Assembly (NCBI RefSeq): GCF_009914755.1
Contig: NC_060937.1
DNA length: 64,000 nt
Direction: 5' to 3' (one strand)
From: the human T2T-CHM13v2.0 reference genome, Homo sapiens
Shown here: positions 15,401 through 29,570 of the stretch, in pieces
How positions within the stretch are numbered: position 1 is the first letter of the stretch
Layout: the number at the start of each line of letters is the position of its first letter
Notes under the pieces: model-generated
The model's database searches: none
Told to the model about the DNA's origin: nothing
Seen by the model: the letters and a program-made list of their open reading frames with translations, nothing else
Translations under genes and position numbers: made by a program

Positions 15401-16901
15401 GATACATTTTGTTTTTCTTTCTTCTACGTGTGCTTTATTTAATGTTGAACTAGATTTGTATATCAGGGATAAATCCCACTTGCTTGTGGCATATAATACT
15501 TTTTATGCATAGTTGGATTTGATTTGCAAATATTTTGCTGAGGATTCTTGCATTTACATTTATGTAATGCAATTGGTCTGTAGTTTTCTATTTTGTAAAG
15601 TCTTTGGCTGAAAGGTAATGCTGATCTGATAGAATAAATTAGAAAGTATTCCCTCTGTATCTATCTTTTGAAAGAAATTGCAGAGAATTGCTATTAATTC
15701 TGCCTTAAATATTTGATAGAATTTACCAGTGAACGCATGTGGGGCTGGTGTTTTTGTTTTTGGAATGCTATTAACTGCTGATTCAACTTATTTAATAAAT
15801 GTAGTCTTATTTAGATTGCCTATTTATTTTTGTGTGAGTTTTAGTGAATTGTATCTTTCGAAGGATTGGTCCATTTCATTTAGGTTGTTAGATTTGTGGC
15901 CATAGAGCTGTTCATAGTATTTCTTCATCTTTATTATCCTATTAATGTTCAAGGGATCTGTGGTGATGTCCCCTCTTATTTCTAGTATTAGTAATTGCTG
16001 TCATCTTTGTTTTTCTTAGCCTGGTAAGAAACTTAACTATTTTATTGACTTTTTCAAAGAATGAGCTTTTGATTTCATTTATTTTCTCCATTAATTTCCT
16101 GTTTTTATTTTCATTGATTTCTATTCTAATTTTTATTGTTTCTTTTCTTACTTTGGATTTACTATCTTCTTCTTTTTCTAGTTTCCTAAGTTGATAGCTT
16201 AGATGACTGATTTTAGATATACTTTTTAACATATGCACTTAATGCTATTAATTTTCCCTAAGCACTGTTTTCGCTGGATTCCACAAATTTTGATAAGTTG
16301 TATTTTTATTTTAATTTAGTTCAAAATATATTTTAAGTTCTCTTGAGACAACTTCTGTGACCCATGTTATTTAGAGTATGTTGTTTAATCTCCAATATTT
16401 TGGAGTGATTTCCTGTTATTAATTTCTAGTTTAATTCCACTGTGGTTTGAAAGCAAATATTGTATGATTTCTTTTCTTTGAAATTTGTCCAGGTGTATCT
16501 GATGACCCAAATGTAGTCAATATTGGTGAACATTTTATATGACTGTGAGAAGAATGTGTATTCTTCTGTTGTTGGATAAAGTAGTCTATAGATGTCGATT
16601 ATGTCTGGTTAATGGTTCTGTTGAGTTCAACTGATGTCCTTACTGATTTTCTGCCTAATGGGTCTGTCCAATTCTGATAGAGAATTGTTAAAGTTTCCAA
16701 CTAAACAGTAGAGTCATCTATTTCTCTTCACAGTTCTGTCAGTTTTTACCTCATGTATTGTAATACTCTCTTTTCAGGCACAGATACATTAAGGATTATT
16801 ATATCTTCTTGGAGAATTGACCTCTATCATTATGTAATGGACTCCTTTATCCCTGACAACTTTCCTTGCTCTGAAGTCTTCTCTGTATGAAATTAATATA
16901 A

Positions 16902-17195
16902 GTTGGGAGCAGTGGTTCACGCCTGTAATCCCAGCATTTTGGGAGGCTGAGGTGGGCAGATGACCTGAGGTCAGGTGTTCGAGACCAGCCTGGCCAACAT
17001 GACAAAACCCTGTCTCCACTAAAAAAATACAAAAATTAGTCAGGCATGGTGGTGCACACCTGTAGTCCCAGTTACTGGGGAGGCTGATGCAGGAGAATCG
17101 CTTGAACCCACAGGCAGAAATTGCAGTGAGCTGAGATCGTGCCACTGCACTCCAGCCTGGGTGACAGAGTGAGACTCCATCAAAGAAACAAATAA
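16902..17195 (+). mobile_element. AluSx/Sz
   Basis: Full dimer; TSD aaattaatataa. Confidence 0.9.
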
Positions 17196-17261
17196 ATTAA
17201 TATAACTTTATTTTGACTAATGGTAGCATGGATATCTTTCTCCATCTTTTTAAATTTATTT

Positions 17262-17394
17262 TCATTTTTTTTTAGAGACAGGATCTTACTATGTTACCCA
17301 GGCTGGTCTCAAACTCTTGAACCAAGTGATCCTCCCACTTCAATTCAGCCTTTCAAGTAGCTGGGATTACAGGTTTGTGCCACTGCTCCTTGCT
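17262..17394 (-). mobile_element. FLAM-type Alu monomer
   Basis: Reverse monomer of about 130 bp. Confidence 0.78.
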
Positions 17395-17484
17395 CTCATC
17401 TCTTTACTTTTAATCAAATGTCCTTATATTCAAATATTTAAAGTGAGTTCCTTGTAGACAACATACAGCTGAGTCTTGTTTTTT

Positions 17485-17845
<361 letters not shown>

Positions 17846-20449
17846 TAGAAAAATTTGTATTTAAAGTGAGTATTGATATAGTTGAATTAATATGCATCAT
17901 ATTTGTTTCTGTTCTCTCTGGCTTGATAAATTTCAGGGAAAGTTCATTTATATGGGATGGACAATCAATTTTGCTGACTTAGAGATTTTAGGAAAAGCCT
18001 CTCTATGGCCTTGATCTGAATCTTTGGAGGAGAAATTTGGTTAGTTGAAGATCCACTTTGGATCGTATTTTGTCCTCCTTTAGATCTGAGTATAACAGGT
18101 TCATTGCGAATTTATCTGGAGAAAAATAGTGAATTAGGCCAGGGTCTAGCCAGTCCCTTTACAATGGCAAAACATGATACTGCAAAGAGAAAAGGTTCTA
18201 ACTCTTCCTAGGAGCAGATTTTCAGGGTTGACATCCTGCAACTCTTCCAAACAGGATCATACACATCAATAAAAATTTGTCCTTCATGTTTCTTCTCTGT
18301 CAAAGATGGAACTGGATGAGCTGGCCTTGGCTTTGAACAAATACATTGAAGTAGAGCCCTAAGCATCCAACTAAAGGTCCAGGGAACTTTAGAACTATGA
18401 GCAACATGATAAAAGCATTTTGTCTAAGGCTCTTATTTAACAGAGAAGGAAATTGCATTGAGAATCTGAACTGTTTATCTCAAATCACCATTTGGTGGAA
18501 ATGCAGGAATGAGGCTTTCTGGATTTTAGATCAGGGCTTTCTAGATTCCCAGACTAATCTTGCTCTCTATTTTTGTCACCTAAAACTTCAGGGAATAAAG
18601 CTTTAGATGAAAGGCTATAGACAAAAATGAAAATGAAGAAAAATTGCTTTTTTTCAGTGCTTTCCCTCTTGCTCTGGTTACTTTTTCTTCATTTTCAGCA
18701 CCACTTTTTTATTACTCTGCTGGCTCCTGTGTTTTCACATTGGCTTATCTCCAGGAAGAGAGCCTAAAAATGAATTCCTTCTAAGAATAAGTGACCTTAA
18801 CCCAAAGGAATGATTTAACCTAAAGGAATAACTTCATAGCAATGAAGTTTTGACACTGGGTTACCTGGGTAAATAGTTTTTCAAGAGTTAGATGCTCTCC
18901 AAGTCTCCCTATAAATCATAGCACAGGGAAATGACTAAGATTAGCTTGCCCTCGAGGAATTACTGTCTCTTGCTCTCAGCTTGTTAGAGCTCCCACTATT
19001 TTTCTAATAGCCCTGGCTTCATATCCTGATATCCTTAAGGAGTAGGACAAAACATATTCCCCATTCAAGTCCTCAATCTTTTCCTAAAGAAGAACTACCT
19101 TTGACTTCTACTTGGGAAAAATTACAATGACCATATCAAATACTGACTTACTAATGAGAGGAATGGTGACACAGCCCAGAAGTACCTGGCATCATTATCC
19201 AACTTCTAAAAGTGGCAAATCAAAGAGAGAAGGCTTCAAAATCAGCAGGCAATAATATGCCAATCTGAGCCCTGCTCTAAACTCTAGATATCTAGGTTCA
19301 CAAGTTAAACATAGGCCTCCCCTTCTCTGAGCTCTTGAAAGGAAATGTCCATTCAAACCAAATGAAAAAATTCCCTTAACTATGTTCCTTTGAGGATATC
19401 ATCCAACCTTGAACACTGCCTCACTCCTTTAAAAGCTTCTGCCATTTCCCATATCTTAATGTTAAATTGTTTAGTAAAGTTTATGGCATAATTTCTTCAG
19501 AGATTATCAGAAGGTTCCCAAATAACCCAGGGTAATTTAAATTCCTCATGCCTTCTCAATTTTGTAAGATATAACTGTAATCATTACAGTTCCTTAGAAC
19601 TCTTGTCAAAAATAAATAAATTTAAATCTCATTATAATGAAGGCATCATTTTTCCCATAAAATTTGACTCTACTCTTCAAATTTTGATTTTCAAATTTGT
19701 ATTTCCCCTAAAATTCATATGTATCAGAAGAATAATCATATGAGATTTCAGTCTTTTAATAAATGTGTTTTAAAATTGTGCTTAGAACTTGAGAGTTATG
19801 CTTAGGGAAAAAAAATCACACCCTGCTAGCATTTGCTGCCAACTATAAATTTCTACTAACTGCTTCTTTGTGGCAATGACCCAAAGCTATAGTTTTCTGC
19901 AGAAACTTTTTAGACTTGGAAACTGTCAACAATTTAGAAACAGATACATCAATGACAAAATTGATTATGTTTGTACAATAACTCTTAGCTGTTTATTACT
20001 TTTCTTTCGTACCTTGGTTAGTCATTTTAATTGGTGGCTTTTTTTTCCCCCTCACCAGACTACATGTTACAATAATGTGATATTTTTCTAAGTACTTCAC
20101 ACATTTGATTATTACCCTAACCTTGTGAAATAAACAAGGTAGTGTCACTATCCTTATTCTTTAGCTAAAAAGGAAAAAAAAACAAACGAAGTAAAGAGAG
20201 AGTAAAAGACTAGTCCAAAGACAGAGGGTTAGAGGGGCACCAAATACCATCATTCAAAAATAACTGATCTCAAATTTTATTAGTGACATAAAACCTTTAT
20301 TTCTTCCTAGTTTCACAATATATCTACAGAGAAAGCCTACTACGTAGCTACCCTTATTCCACTTCCCAAATGCGTGCATTCTCACCCAGGCTGACTGTTC
20401 TTTTCTACTTTGCTGTTAGAAAATGGATTCCATGAGAATGAGCCATAAA

Positions 20450-20870
20450 TACATGTCATTGGAAGGTATCAAAAATAAGTGAAAACCACAAAGAACCAGT
20501 TTCCATCCATCCCTGCCCCCTTTCCCAATGCCCACCAGGGGGAAAAAATAAAAATAGACAGGCTTGTAAGCACCCAGCTCTGGCCACAGAGCTGTTTGAT
20601 TGCTTAAGCCGAGTGGTCAGACAATAGGACCAGAAAGAATGGCCGCTTCCTTCCTTCCTGTTGAGTGTTCTGCCTGAGTGAGCAAATTCAATAGCACTTT
20701 GCTTCACAGCAGCACTAGGCTCTAGCACGAGGAAAATCAACAAAGAGCCATTCTAGGGCATTTCCAACCCCACCTAAGCCAAGCCTCTGAGCTATAGAAC
20801 CATGGGGGAGGGGGTGTCCAGATTCAGGTGCTCCTGGGGGCGTGCGCGTGAAAGCACACAAGCATCTAGG
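20450..20870. promoter_or_regulatory. Candidate enhancer/insulator in a repeat-free island
   Basis: CTCF-core-like ccaccaggggg (20532-20542), FOX-like tgtttga (20593), SOX acaatag (20621), ETS cttcctgtt (20654), GC-rich gggggcgtgcgcgtg (about 20836-20850); motif evidence only. Confidence 0.35.
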
Positions 20871-21199
20871 TTACCGCTTATATTGAGGGCCACTGTGCAT
20901 TTGTAATTGTCCAGTCTAGCTGTTATCATTTTCAACTTTCTAATCCACAATTCTCTGCAATGTTTCAAAACTTTCCTGAAAGCTGGCTATTTCCTCGTGG
21001 CAACACAGTCAAAATTGGTATGGACAACTGTGATGACTCTAACTCTAGAATCATCTTAAATGCTCCTGTAATAAGTCATCCTTCTCTCCCCTCCACTGAC
21101 TTTTAGATCTATGCCGAGTATGTACAATAATTTGGCCAATTTGGCAGTTAAGAACAGAAACCAGAGAAGACTTAAGACTAAGACACGTAGTTTCATGGA

Positions 21200-21660
21200 T
21201 TATGTGTCAGACTTTCAGTGAACTTGTAGCCCTGGGCTGTGAACTTTGCAAGTGCCTCTCGGCTTTTTTTCCTGTGCCTTTGGTAGGACAGGATAGCTAA
21301 ATGGGGCTGGAATCGGATAGTTTTTCCCCCGGATTAATTAGGCTACAATAAAACCCCAACAGGTTAGGCTCTGGTAAAATAGTTTCTCTTGAGGGCAAGC
21401 CTTGTTAAGAAGAACAGCATGCTCTGGTATTTTTTCAAACTGATTACCTTTTCTCTCCCACTGCAAGAAGCCAGAGGGGATTTTTCCCTGATATTCACTA
21501 TCAGAACCTGGTTGGGCTCCAAGAAATAAAACTCAAACTTCCACTGTGCATGTCCCCCAGAGTTTTTAACTGAGACTTGTCCACATTGAGTATCCAGAAA
21601 TTTGTCAATTACAGTTCATGGTTCACACCCCGTACTGGTTCCTGCAGAAATTTGTTTGTG
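21200..21660 (-). mobile_element. Old L1M (MCa/MDa-type) 5'-region fragment
   Basis: gttaggctctggtaaaatagtttctcttgagggcaagccttgttaagaagaacag; gacttgtccacattgag...gtcaattacagttca. Confidence 0.6.
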
Positions 21661-21812
21661 GGTTTTCTTATGAATATGAAAATTTATTTTATCATCATTT
21701 GTTGTTGATTTAGTAACATGATTTCCACCACTGTAACATCCATGATGTTTGAGTATTTCTGGCAGTAAAAGTATATGTGGGCTGGTGCAATGGCTCACGC
21801 CTGTAATCCTAG

Positions 21813-23249
21813 CGTGTCCAGAATTGATGGGTTCTTGGTCTCACTGACTCCAAAAATGAAGCCGCAGACCCTCGTGGTGAGTGTTACAGTTCTTAACCGC
21901 AGGGTGTCTGGAGTTTGTTCTTTCCGGTGTTCGGAGTTCTTCCTTCCTCCCGTCCAGAGTTGTTCATTCCTCCCGGTGGATTCGTGGTCTCGCTGGTTCA
22001 GAAAAGAAGCTGCAGACCTTTACAGTGAGTGTTACAGCTCATAAAGACAGTGTGGACCCAAGGAGCAAGCAGCAGCAAGATTTATTGCAAAGAGCGAATG
22101 AACAAAGTTTCCACAGGGTTGCCACTGCTGGTTGGGGCAGCCTGCTTTTATTCCCTTATCTGGCCCCACCCACATCCTGCTGATTGGTCCATTTTACAGA
22201 GAGCTGATTGGTCTGTTTTACAGAGTGCGGATTGGTCTGTTTTGACAGGGTGCTGATTGGTGCATTTACAATCCCTGAGCTAGACACAAAAATTCTCCAC
22301 CTCACCACTAGATTAGCTAGATACAGAGTGCCGATTGGTGTGTTTACAAACCTTGAGCTAGACACAAGAGTGCTGATTGGTGTATTTACAAACCTTGAGC
22401 TAGACACAGAGTGGTGATTGTGTATTTACAATCCCTTAGCTAGACATAAAGTTTCTCCAAGGCCCCACCAGATTAGCCAGTTACAGAGTGCTGATTGGTG
22501 CATTCACAAACCTTGAGCTAGAGACAGAGTGCTGATTGGTGCATTTATAAACCTTGAGCTAGACACAGAGTGCTGATTGGTGTATCTACAAACCCTTAGC
22601 TAGACATAAAAGTTCTCCAAGTCCCCATTAGACTCAGGAGCCCAGGTGGCTTCAGCGAGTGGATACCCCACTGGGGCCGCAGGTGGAGCTGCCCGCCAGT
22701 CCCTAGCCCTGCCCCGGGCACTCCTCAGCCCTTGGGTGGTCGATGGGACCGGGTGCCATGGAGCAGGGGGCAGTGCTCCTAGGGGAGGCTCCGGCGGCAC
22801 AGGAGCCCACGGCGGAGGGGAGGCTCAGGCATGGCAGGCTGCAGGTCCTGACCCCTGCCCCGCGGGGAGGCAGCTGAGGCCCAGTGAGAATTCCAGTGCA
22901 GTGCCCCCGGCCGGCACTGCTGGGGGACCCGGCGCATCCTCCACAGCTACTGGCCCCAGTGCTAAGCCCCTCACTGCCCGGGGTGGCCGCCAAGCCCACG
23001 CCCACCCGGAACTCGTGCTGGCCTGCAAGCGCCCGCGCAGCCCTGGTTCCTGCCCGCGCCTCTCCCTCCACACCTCCCCGCAAGCTGAGGGAGCTGGCTC
23101 CGGCCTCGGCCAGCTCAGAAAGGGGCTCCCACAGTGAAGCAGCAGGCTGAAGGGCTCTCCTCAAGCGCGGCTGGAGTGGACGCCGAGGCCGAGGAGGCAC
23201 CAAACGTGGGGGAGGGCTGCCAGGGCTGCCAGCACTCTGTCATCTCTTA
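21813..23249 (-). mobile_element. Solo ERV9 LTR (LTR12 family, C/D/E-like)
   Basis: Termini resemble LTR12 (taagagatgacagagtgctggcag...gagaccaagaacccatcaattctggacacg on the minus strand); tandem gctagacacagagtgctgattgg units; GC-rich U3; 4-bp TSD ctag. Confidence 0.95.
22110..22620 (-). promoter_or_regulatory. LTR12 promoter/enhancer: nine CCAAT (NF-Y) boxes, GATA site, AATAAAA TATA-like box
   Basis: gattgg occurs nine times between 22180 and 22580; cttatct at about 22155; gcttttattc at about 22144; matches the known ERV9 LTR promoter layout. Confidence 0.75.
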
Positions 23250-23649
23250 CTAGCACTTTGGGAGACTGAGGTGGGTGGATCACCTGAGGTCAGGAGTTTG
23301 AGATCAGCCTGGCCAACATGGCAAAACCCCATCTCTGCTAAAAATACAAAAATTAGTTGGATGTGGTGGCGGGTGTCTATAATCCGAGCTACTCGAGAGG
23401 CTGAGGCAGGAGAATTGCTTGAAACGGGGGTGGGTGGGGGGGTAGGGGTGGGGGTCATGGGACAGGGAGGTGAAGGTTGCAGTGAGCCGAGATCACGCCC
23501 CTGCACTCCAGCCAGAGTGATAGAGTGAAACTCTGTCTCAAAAAAAAAAAAAAAAAAAAAAGTATATGTGTATTTTTATACTCAAGACATTTCCACAACT
23601 GGAATTTGGTGACATCCAACATTGTTATTAGAGGCATTAGAATACATTA

Positions 23650-23977
<328 letters not shown>

Positions 23978-24279
23978 TTAATTAGATTATTCATCTGATT
24001 GATTTGAGCCAGCACATATCTTGGATTCAAATTTGAAGATGACAGAGTCTTTATTAGGCAATTAAAGAACTTATAATGCTTTATCTTTCAATATGAAAAA
24101 TCTATCTCTACATGCATTCTAATTTGTAGTCATTCACACATGAACTAAAACCCTTTATTTTATTCCATAAAAATGAGTAAGGAAAATGACTTCTAATTAA
24201 CAACAAAATTTTTTAACAACCAGAAATTATATGAAGACCTTTTCAAATTTAAACTTTAAAACAACCCCTTTAAGAAGTT

Positions 24280-24405
24280 GCTACTATTATAGCCCTTTCA
24301 TGGAGAAAACATGGGCAGCTCAGAGAGGTTACCAGAGTTATCCAAGCTCACACAACTAAGCTGGGATTTGAGCTAAGGCAACTTGACAACAGAGTCCCAG
24401 TTCTT
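24280..24405 (-). mobile_element. MIR fragment
   Basis: gctcagagaggtt...ccaagctcacacaactaagctgggatttga. Confidence 0.65.
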
Positions 24406-24454
24406 TTTATTTTTAACAATATAAAGTATGGTTTTAAAATTTTAATTTAATTTT

Positions 24455-24552
24455 TAAAATTTATTTAGATGCAGTGTCTTGCTCAGTCGCCCAGGTTGGA
24501 GTACAGTGGTGTGATCTTGGCTCACTGCAACATCTTCAATCTTCCCACCTCA
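24455..24552 (-). mobile_element. Alu right-arm fragment
   Basis: gtcttgctcagtcgcccaggttggagtacagtgg. Confidence 0.8.
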
Positions 24553-24626
24553 AACCCCCCAACCACGAATCATTTACTTAAGAATCTGATCTGATGCCCT
24601 GTCACCACCAAATACGTAAATGTGTA

Positions 24627-25647
24627 CAGCAGTCCCCTCTTATCCACAGAGGATACATTTCAAAACCCCTAGTGGATGCCTGAAACCATAGATAGTACCA
24701 AACCCTATATATTACTATGTTTAATTCTACACATGCATAGTTATGATAAAGTTTAACTTATAAATTAAGCACTGTAAGAAACTAACAATAATAATATTAA
24801 AATAGAATCATTATAAGAAATGTGGCAGCAGCTTCTTCATCGCCAGACGCTACCTTCTCCAGTAGAAGTTATTTTTCAGTCTAAAACTATTCCTGAATCT
24901 ATGTAACCATCTCTTACAGCAAATGGCTTGGGGTCACTCATTTCAGGGGCTCCCTTGCTGAAGTCTTTGTGTAGGCTCAATGCTTTCTGGTGCGACACAT
25001 TGCTGTGAATAGAAACACGTTTCTGTTCATCTCTTCCACCCATAAATTTAATAATTTTTCCATCTTAACTAAGCACTTATCATGCCCTGAGGCTGTAAGT
25101 TTTGCAGTTTGAGGTGTGACAGCAAAACTAGCATAAATTTATTTTTCCTTCTTCACAATTTTGTAGATAAAAGATTAATTCCTACCATAGATCTTAGCAA
25201 CCTCAGCATATAATTTTGTTTTCATTTCTTATTAAGTCAAGAACTTTCACCTTCTCACTGAAAGGAAGCACTTTACAGCTTCCCTTTGGCATATCTAAAT
25301 TACCAGCATCACTATTCTTGCATTTTGGGACCATTATGAAGTAAAATAAGAATTACTTGAACACAAGCACTGTAATACCGTGACAGTCTACCTGATAACC
25401 GAGACAGCTACTAAGTGGCTTATGGGTAGGGTGAGTAGACAGCATGGATATGCTGGACAAAGGACAATTCACATCCTGAGCAGGACGAAGCAGGATAGCA
25501 AGGGATTTCATCATGCTACTAACAGTGCATAATGTAAAACTTATGAATTCTTTATTTTTGGAATTTTCCATTTAATATTTCTGGACCATGATTGATTATG
25601 GGTAACTAAAACACAGAAAGCAACACAGCAGATAAGGGGGATTACTG
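24627..25647 (-). mobile_element. Tigger7/MER44-family DNA transposon, internally deleted
   Basis: TIRs cagcagtcccctcttatcc / gataagggggattactg with TA TSDs (24625-24626, 25648-25649); decayed CENP-B-like transposase N-terminus on the minus strand, about 24820-25260. Confidence 0.85.
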
Positions 25648-26259
25648 TATTTTCTACAAACAAGGACATTCTCTTGCATAAGCACAATAGAACCATCAAA
25701 GTCAGGAAGTTAACCTGATACATTACCACTATCTAATCCTCAGATTTCACTTAAGTTTTTCTCATTGACCCAATAATGTCTTTGTTATGAGAAATGGATC
25801 AGGTTCAGAATCACATATTGCTTTTAAATGTCAGCTCTTTTTAATCTCCTTCATTCTGGAATAGTTACTCAGTTTTTGCTTAATTTTCAAAATTTTGGCA
25901 CTTTTGAAAATTATGGGCCAGTTATTTTGCAGAATATTCCTCAGTTTCAGGGTTTTCTGTTTGGGTTTTGATTGGATTCAAGTTATTAATCTGTAACAGG
26001 TGTATCACAAAGATGATGCTGTGTTCTCACTGCATCATATCCAGAGGCATACATTTATGTTCACTTTAATCTCTTGATTAAGGCGGCATCTACAGATTTC
26101 TCTGCTATGAAGTTATTTTTGTTCTTTTTTAATTAAAATAATTCTAGGAGAGGTTATTTGAAGATATGAAATATCCTTTCTTAATTAAACTTTTAGTTTA
26201 TTCATTTATTATTTATATCAGTATTATCTCATAGATTTCTACTTTAAGACTTAAAATCC

Positions 26260-26584
<325 letters not shown>

Positions 26585-27012
26585 TTATTTCTATGTTTAT
26601 TTTAGCCAGTGAAAGCTCATCTATGCTGGCTTCTATGTCCATTTGACATGGTAACATCATTTTTCGAATCACTTTTTTACTGTTTGCTACAGTTGCTTTC
26701 TGGAGCAATGGCTCTGGAATCAGCCATTTCTTCTAGGTTCTCTGGTTCCTTTGAGTGGAGAAGAATATTCAGAAGCCCAAATTCAAGTGCTAGGTGTGCT
26801 CATTGCTGTTGAGGTTTTGTTCCTATATCCTTTCACAAAATGAGGAAATATATGTATATACACTTACGGAATACCTATTTTCATTTCTACTTTTATCTCT
26901 CTACATTGAAATATATCAATTCACACCAACACCTCCAATTCGAATCCAATACCACAGAGTTAACTGTAATTTTTTCCCTTTCCTTATTTGTAACTTCATT
27001 CTTAGCAAGTAA

Positions 27013-27644
<632 letters not shown>

Positions 27645-27927
27645 TCAGAACCCAACATCTGCCTGGGACACCTCTCCACGTGGAAAACCTCCTCATCTAC
27701 CTCAGCTCCAAAACTTCTCCAGGACTTTTCTCCACATGGATAATTTTATCACCTTGCTTGGACTCTACACCTCACACCAAGCTGAACATTCCTCTTGCCC
27801 CACAATACGTAGATGCCCTCATCACCACACTTGGGCTAAACAAGCTAGCCAGCCTAACATGAATACCCTTCCTAACACTGACACCCAACAGCAGGTCACC
27901 CCATGTGTGAATGCCTTCTTCACCCTG

Positions 27928-28284
27928 TGCTATGGCGTGAATGTTTGTGTCCCTCCAAAATTCATATTGAATTTGAGACTCAGTCTCGAATGTAATAGTA
28001 ATAAGAGATGGAGCCTTGAGGAAGTGGTTAAACCATGAGGGCTCCTCTCTTATTTGAATGCGATTAAGGTAAGAAACTTGGTTTTTTACCCTTCCTTCTG
28101 CCATGTGGAGAGACAGCAACAAGATGCCTTTTTAGCTGGAGAGAGCAGCCCTCAACAGACACTGAATCTGCTGGTGCCTTCATCTTTGACTTCCCAGTCT
28201 CCAGAACTGGGAAATAAATTTCTGCTCTCTATTAATTATTTAATCTCGGGTATTTTATGATAGCAACACAAATGGACTCTGACA
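27928..28284 (+). mobile_element. MLT1A-like MaLR solo LTR
   Basis: tgctatggcgtgaatgtttgtgtccctccaaaattcata...cagacactgaatctgctggtgcc...aataaatttctg...ggactctgaca. Confidence 0.88.
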
Positions 28285-28869
28285 ATCACATCAGACCTTT
28301 TTCCTGCAGGAGGGCTTTTTCACACTAGATCCTGGTTCTTATCCACTCCAGGAGCAAGGAGGAAAATGAGCCTATTACACTGAATCCACATTCTAATTTC
28401 ATTTGTAAGTATTTGTACCTTGCATGATAAATAAAAGCTACTATTAAATCTACCTGCCCAGGAAAAGAGAGAAGATTAAGTAACTCATTTTACCCTGATT
28501 TCAGAGATACCCTAATCAAAATAATGCAAGTTACAGAATTCGTTTCCCAGTCATTCCATCTTTCCGATCTTGCCCATCTTTTCTGGGACATGATATCTAT
28601 CTCTTTGAGTAGCTTCTGTAAAGCATCAGACAGATACAGACTTAATGAGCAGGACAAATTCCATTTTATTCTGACAGAAAATGCTGAAGCATTCACCCTT
28701 TTAGGCTCTTAACTGCCTTAGTCTCTGCTAGCATAGAGGATGAATTCCTTTCGTGGTAAGCTCTGCTCTATGCATAGAAAGACATCACTTTTAAATCAGC
28801 CTCCAATATTATCATAATAGCTAATCGTTTCATTTATGCCACTTTGTGCTCCCAACTAATTTAAAAGTT

Positions 28870-28975
28870 TCAAGAACCACATTGTATTCATCTTTGTATG
28901 TGTAGTGCTGAAACAACATAAGCACTTAATAAATTTTTAATGAATGATTGGATAACTGAGTAAATGAGTGAACAG
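28870..28975 (+). mobile_element. L2 3' terminal fragment
   Basis: ttgtattcatctttgtat...agcacttaataaatttttaatgaatgattgg. Confidence 0.6.
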
Positions 28976-29570
28976 AAGGAGCTATAAAATGAAACTTCTT
29001 TCAACCCTCATCATAATGCAAAACAATGAAGGCTTCATAACCAAGCTATCAGCATACATGTAAATACACACACGCACACACACATACATACAAATATCCT
29101 ATTTTGTTCACCAATACATGCTGCTATAAAGGACAAGCATTCTCATATTTCTTATGAAGGAACCAGGGGTGACATGTGAGTCATTATAATTTCAAAGCCT
29201 CTTCCTTTTTAATCTTTTAAACATCTATCTATGGTTATAAGACAAAGAGTCTCTTTTCGTGTCTTCCCCTGTTCCATATCATACATTAGAGCATATAATA
29301 TCATCTTCAAGATTTGAGGTTGTGGATAAGCAAGAATTTATGTTTTTGCTTTAACAGACACACATAAACAGTAGATGAATAGAGATGTGCTAATTCTGAT
29401 CACAAATCTATCAACACCTATGATCTGCATTCAGTAAATATATAGTTCTAAACCATATACATCTGTTTCTATCTATGCAGAATTTTATAATTCTAATACT
29501 CACTACAAAACCTCTACTAATATCCAATATAATTTGAATAGCCAGTGAGTGCTGAACAAGAAATCTTTTA

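Larger units (their letters stand above)
21780..23561 (+). mobile_element. AluSx/Sz host split by LTR12 (Alu parts 21780-21812 and 23250-23561)
   Basis: Alu 5' end to gtaatcctag, resuming ctagcactttggga; perfect TSD aaaagtatatgtg at 21767-21779 and 23558-23570. Confidence 0.93.

Noticed and set aside
18797-18832. Short direct repeat taacc(c/t)aaaggaat; similar small duplications near 9745-9790 and 43673-43694
   Set aside because: Ordinary two-copy slippage duplications.
22180-22620. Regularly spaced repeats of about 40 bp resembling a CRISPR array
   Set aside because: They are the known tandem NF-Y enhancer repeats of LTR12, with no unique spacers, in a eukaryotic context.
22600-23203. Overlapping 160-aa GC-rich ORFs and CpG-island-like segment
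   Set aside because: These lie within LTR12 U3; the scarcity of stop codons is due to GC content.
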